A DNA stretch of 64,000 nt from positions 6,137 through 70,136 of the forward strand of contig JAGHUR010000011.1 of the NCBI GenBank assembly GCA_018064745.1, given 5' to 3'. Position 1 is the stretch's first letter. Each line of letters begins with the position of its first letter. Both the position numbers and the translations under genes were made by a program. The notes under the pieces were generated by a model that was given only the letters and a program-made list of their open reading frames with translations, made no database searches and had not been told where the DNA came from. This stretch comes from Candidatus Fiminaster equi. Lineage in GTDB: Bacteria; Bacillota_I; Bacilli_A; RFN20; CAG-826. Below, one piece after another: positions 61,621 through 64,000 of the stretch.

Positions 61621-62479
61621 GGTCGCAATTACTCAAATGAGCTGCTCCTCAAACTACGAGGAAAACATTAAAAAAGCCGAGAAAATGGTGGAAAATTGTG
61701 CAAAAGCAGGTGCAAATATCATTCTTTTGCAGGAACTTTTTTCTAATCTATATTTCTGCCAAGTCGAAGATTATGACAAGTTTGAATTAGCTGAAAATAG
61801 AAGCAAATCAAACTTAATTGAGCACTTTAAAAAAGTTGCAAAAAAATACAATGTAGTTCTTCCAATTTCATTCTTTGAAAAATCAGGAGCAAATTACTTT
61901 AATTCGTTAGTAATGATTGATGCTGATGGTAAAGATTTAGGGATGTATCGTAAAACACACATTCCAACTGGCGAATGTTACGAAGAAAAATTCTATTTCT
62001 CACCAGGAGATACAGGATTTAAAGTTTTCAAAACAAAATTTGGTCGTGTTGGTGTTGGAATTTGTTGGGATCAATGGTTCCCAGAAACTGCAAGAATTTT
62101 AGCATTAAAAGATGCAGAAATTTTACTTTATCCAACAGCAATTGGTTCTGAACCAGTTTTAGTGCGTGATTCCATGCCACACTGGCGCAATACAATGTGC
62201 GGTCATGCAGCTGCAAATATTATTCCTGTCTGTGCTTCCAACAGAGTTGGACTTGAAACAGCAGGAAAATCATCAATGACATTCCAAGGTTTCTCATTTA
62301 TAGCAGACCAATATGGAAATGTTGTTGAAGAAATGGACAGAAAAGAAGAAGGGTTCAGAGTACATGAATTTGACCTTCAATCAATAGATAAAGAAAGAGT
62401 TTCTTGGGGTGTGTTCAGAGATCGTAGACCAGAATGCTACAAGGAATTAATTGGTTATTCAAAAAACTTAGATGAATAA
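61610..62479 (+). CDS. aguB: N-carbamoylputrescine amidase (CN-hydrolase family)
   Basis: 289 aa. Nitrilase-superfamily layout with catalytic Cys region GVGICWDQWFPE. Overlaps the fusion gene by 11 nt. Confidence 0.85.
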   Translation: MKIKVAITQMSCSSNYEENIKKAEKMVENCAKAGANIILLQELFSNLYFCQVEDYDKFELAENRSKSNLIEHFKKVAKKYNVVLPISFFEKSGANYFNSLVMIDADGKDLGMYRKTHIPTGECYEEKFYFSPGDTGFKVFKTKFGRVGVGICWDQWFPETARILALKDAEILLYPTAIGSEPVLVRDSMPHWRNTMCGHAAANIIPVCASNRVGLETAGKSSMTFQGFSFIADQYGNVVEEMDRKEEGFRVHEFDLQSIDKERVSWGVFRDRRPECYKELIGYSKNLDE

Positions 62480-63389
62480 GAACGATAAAAAGAGAGAAAT
62501 CCACAAAGGTAAAGTTAACCCAAATTCGATTAAAGAATTCAAGGTTAAAGAAGAGTGCGAACTCCTCTCTTTTTTGTTTGAAAAATTTCCAAACTTATCC
62601 AGAAATGCAGTTAAATCAATTCTCTCAGGACACTATGTTGGAGTGAATGGAGCACCGGTTTCTCAATACAATTTAAAGCTCTCAAAAGATGACGTCGTAA
62701 TTGTCTCAAAACAGCGAATTTCCCGCAAAAATCGCCGTGATTTACCGATTATTTATGAAAATGATGAGTTTATTGTTATAGATAAACCAAGCGGATTGTT
62801 AACTGTTCCGAGCGATAATGAAAAGGGCAGAACAGCCTATCGTATGGTTAATGATTATGTGCAACAAAAAGATAAGCACAATAGAGTATTTGTGGTTCAC
62901 CGTTTAGACGAAGACACGTCTGGTGTTTTGATGTTTGCTAAGAACGCAAAAATTAAAGATATTTTACAAAAAGAATGGGGCGAAATTGTTCTTGAAAGAG
63001 GATACTATGCTGTTGTTGAAGGGAACATGGAAAAACCAGAGGACACTTTTGTTGATTATTTAAAAGAAAATGCCCTCAATTTAATGTATGTTTCAAACGA
63101 CAGAAAAAATGGCAAAAGATGTGTAACACAATACAAAGTATTGAAATCAAATAAACTTTATTCGCTTTTAGATGTAAAAATTGATACAGGAAGAAAGAAC
63201 CAAATTCGTGTACAATTAGGTCATAGAGGACACCACGTAATCGGAGACGACAAATATGGTGAACCAGCCGATCCAATTAAACGTCTTGGACTTCATGCAT
63301 ACAAATTAAAATTTGTTCATCCTGTAACAAAGAAAATTTTTGTTTTTGAGTCTAAAATGCCAGCTCAATTTGAGAATTTGTTCCATTAA
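62472..63389 (+). CDS. RluA-family rRNA pseudouridine synthase (S4 plus catalytic domain, RluC/RluD-like)
   Basis: HRLDEDTSGVLMFAKN catalytic motif. N-terminal S4-like domain. Confidence 0.85.
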   Translation: MNKNDKKREIHKGKVNPNSIKEFKVKEECELLSFLFEKFPNLSRNAVKSILSGHYVGVNGAPVSQYNLKLSKDDVVIVSKQRISRKNRRDLPIIYENDEFIVIDKPSGLLTVPSDNEKGRTAYRMVNDYVQQKDKHNRVFVVHRLDEDTSGVLMFAKNAKIKDILQKEWGEIVLERGYYAVVEGNMEKPEDTFVDYLKENALNLMYVSNDRKNGKRCVTQYKVLKSNKLYSLLDVKIDTGRKNQIRVQLGHRGHHVIGDDKYGEPADPIKRLGLHAYKLKFVHPVTKKIFVFESKMPAQFENLFH

Positions 63390-63404
63390 TTCGTATTAGT
63401 TTTG

Positions 63405-63440
63405 TAGTAAAAAGGGCGCTCGTTATTGCGAGTGCTTTTT
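63405..63440 (+). terminator. Terminator after the rluA-family gene
   Basis: aagggcgctcg-ttattg-cgagtgcttttt. Confidence 0.65.
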
Positions 63441-63463
63441 AGTTATGGTTTAATATATACGCA

Positions 63464-64000
63464 ATGAGACAGGCACTGTTAAAACTAAAAGATTCACTTC
63501 TCTCAACTTTACCAGTATTGGTGGTTGTTTTAGTTTTATATTTTGCAAAAGTTGCAAATTTTGAATCAAATCAACTTTGGGTTTTTGGCATCAGTGTTGT
63601 TTTTGTAATCATTGGTATGTGGTTATTTAACATGGGTTCAGAAACATCCATGTCTAGAATGGGTGAACTCATTGGTTCATCAATCACCAAAAAAAGAAGT
63701 ATGGCAATGCTTGTCATTATTTTCTTCTTGTTTGGTGCATTTATTACAATGGCTGAACCAGACCTATCAGTGCTTGCTGACCAAGTTCCTATCGATAGTA
63801 CAGTTTTAACTGTGAGTATCGGTGTTGGCGTTGGCATTTTCTTAGTTATTGGTGCCATTAGAATTCTTTTACAAAAACCTTTAACCTTATGGTTATTAGC
63901 GTTCTATGGTTTAATGTTTGCATTATGTTGTTTAGTTGATTACGCATATGTTCCACTTTCTTTAGATAGTGGTGGCGTAACAACTGGACCAATTACCGTT
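63464..64000 (+). CDS. DUF1538-family membrane protein (5' part; runs off the window end)
   Basis: Frame is open from ATG 63464 to the window end. ITMAEPDLSVLADQVP matches the DUF1538 signature. Multiple TM helices. Confidence 0.55.
   Translation, partial: MRQALLKLKDSLLSTLPVLVVVLVLYFAKVANFESNQLWVFGISVVFVIIGMWLFNMGSETSMSRMGELIGSSITKKRSMAMLVIIFFLFGAFITMAEPDLSVLADQVPIDSTVLTVSIGVGVGIFLVIGAIRILLQKPLTLWLLAFYGLMFALCCLVDYAYVPLSLDSGGVTTGPITV

Noticed and set aside
1-64000. Search for CRISPR arrays, IS elements/transposases, integrases, rRNA or tRNA genes
   Set aside because: No regularly spaced direct repeats. No ORF with DDE/HUH transposase or tyrosine/serine recombinase motifs. No intergenic region with a tRNA cloverleaf/T-loop signature or rRNA-like conservation. 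The only repeat seen is the 20-nt direct repeat flanking the lysS terminator.

Overview
Low-GC (about 32-33% GC) Firmicutes-type chromosomal window centred on the replication origin. The segment rnpA-rpmH | oriC DnaA-box cluster | dnaA-dnaN-yaaA-recF-gyrB-gyrA-serS sits at about 31.7-42.7 kb. Most genes left of about 32.5 kb lie on the minus strand and most genes to the right lie on the plus strand, so transcription is co-oriented with replication. The window is dominated by conserved housekeeping genes. Left of oriC, read left to right along the minus strand: dnaB (partial), rplI, gdpP, rpsR, ssb, rpsF, lysS, dusB, ftsH, tilS, mfd, pth, ispE, rsmA, rnmV, tatD, mnmE, jag, yidC, rnpA, rpmH; ppdK is on the plus strand. 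Right of oriC: cysK-cysE, tadA, psuG, mscL, degV, tldD/tldE, rpmE, metG, an arginine-to-putrescine module, and an rluA-family gene. No CRISPR array, transposase, integrase or rRNA/tRNA gene was detected. Things not given by the ORF track: (i) a small SRP RNA (ffs) upstream of tadA; (ii) rpmH (L34, 44 aa) between rnpA and oriC; (iii) a small accessory islet between ppdK and ispE carrying a RelB/RelE-type toxin-antitoxin pair with a 16-bp palindromic operator, plus a 45-aa ORF whose promoter is overlapped by an 11-bp-arm inverted repeat; (iv) a 40-codon ORF with a near-consensus RBS, its own promoter and terminator in the lysS-rpsF spacer; (v) a single 875-aa ORF fusing an Orn/Lys/Arg-decarboxylase-family (SpeA-like) domain to an agmatine deiminase (AguA) domain, followed by AguB; (vi) a DltD/AlgJ-like plus MBOAT pair without DltA/DltC; (vii) a tldD-tldE-membrane-protein operon; (viii) a lipoprotein YidC with a roughly 250-aa extracytoplasmic extension, and an MscL with an enlarged loop co-transcribed with an XRE-like gene. 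All calls rest on reading motifs and gene order directly from the sequence. No database search was possible.
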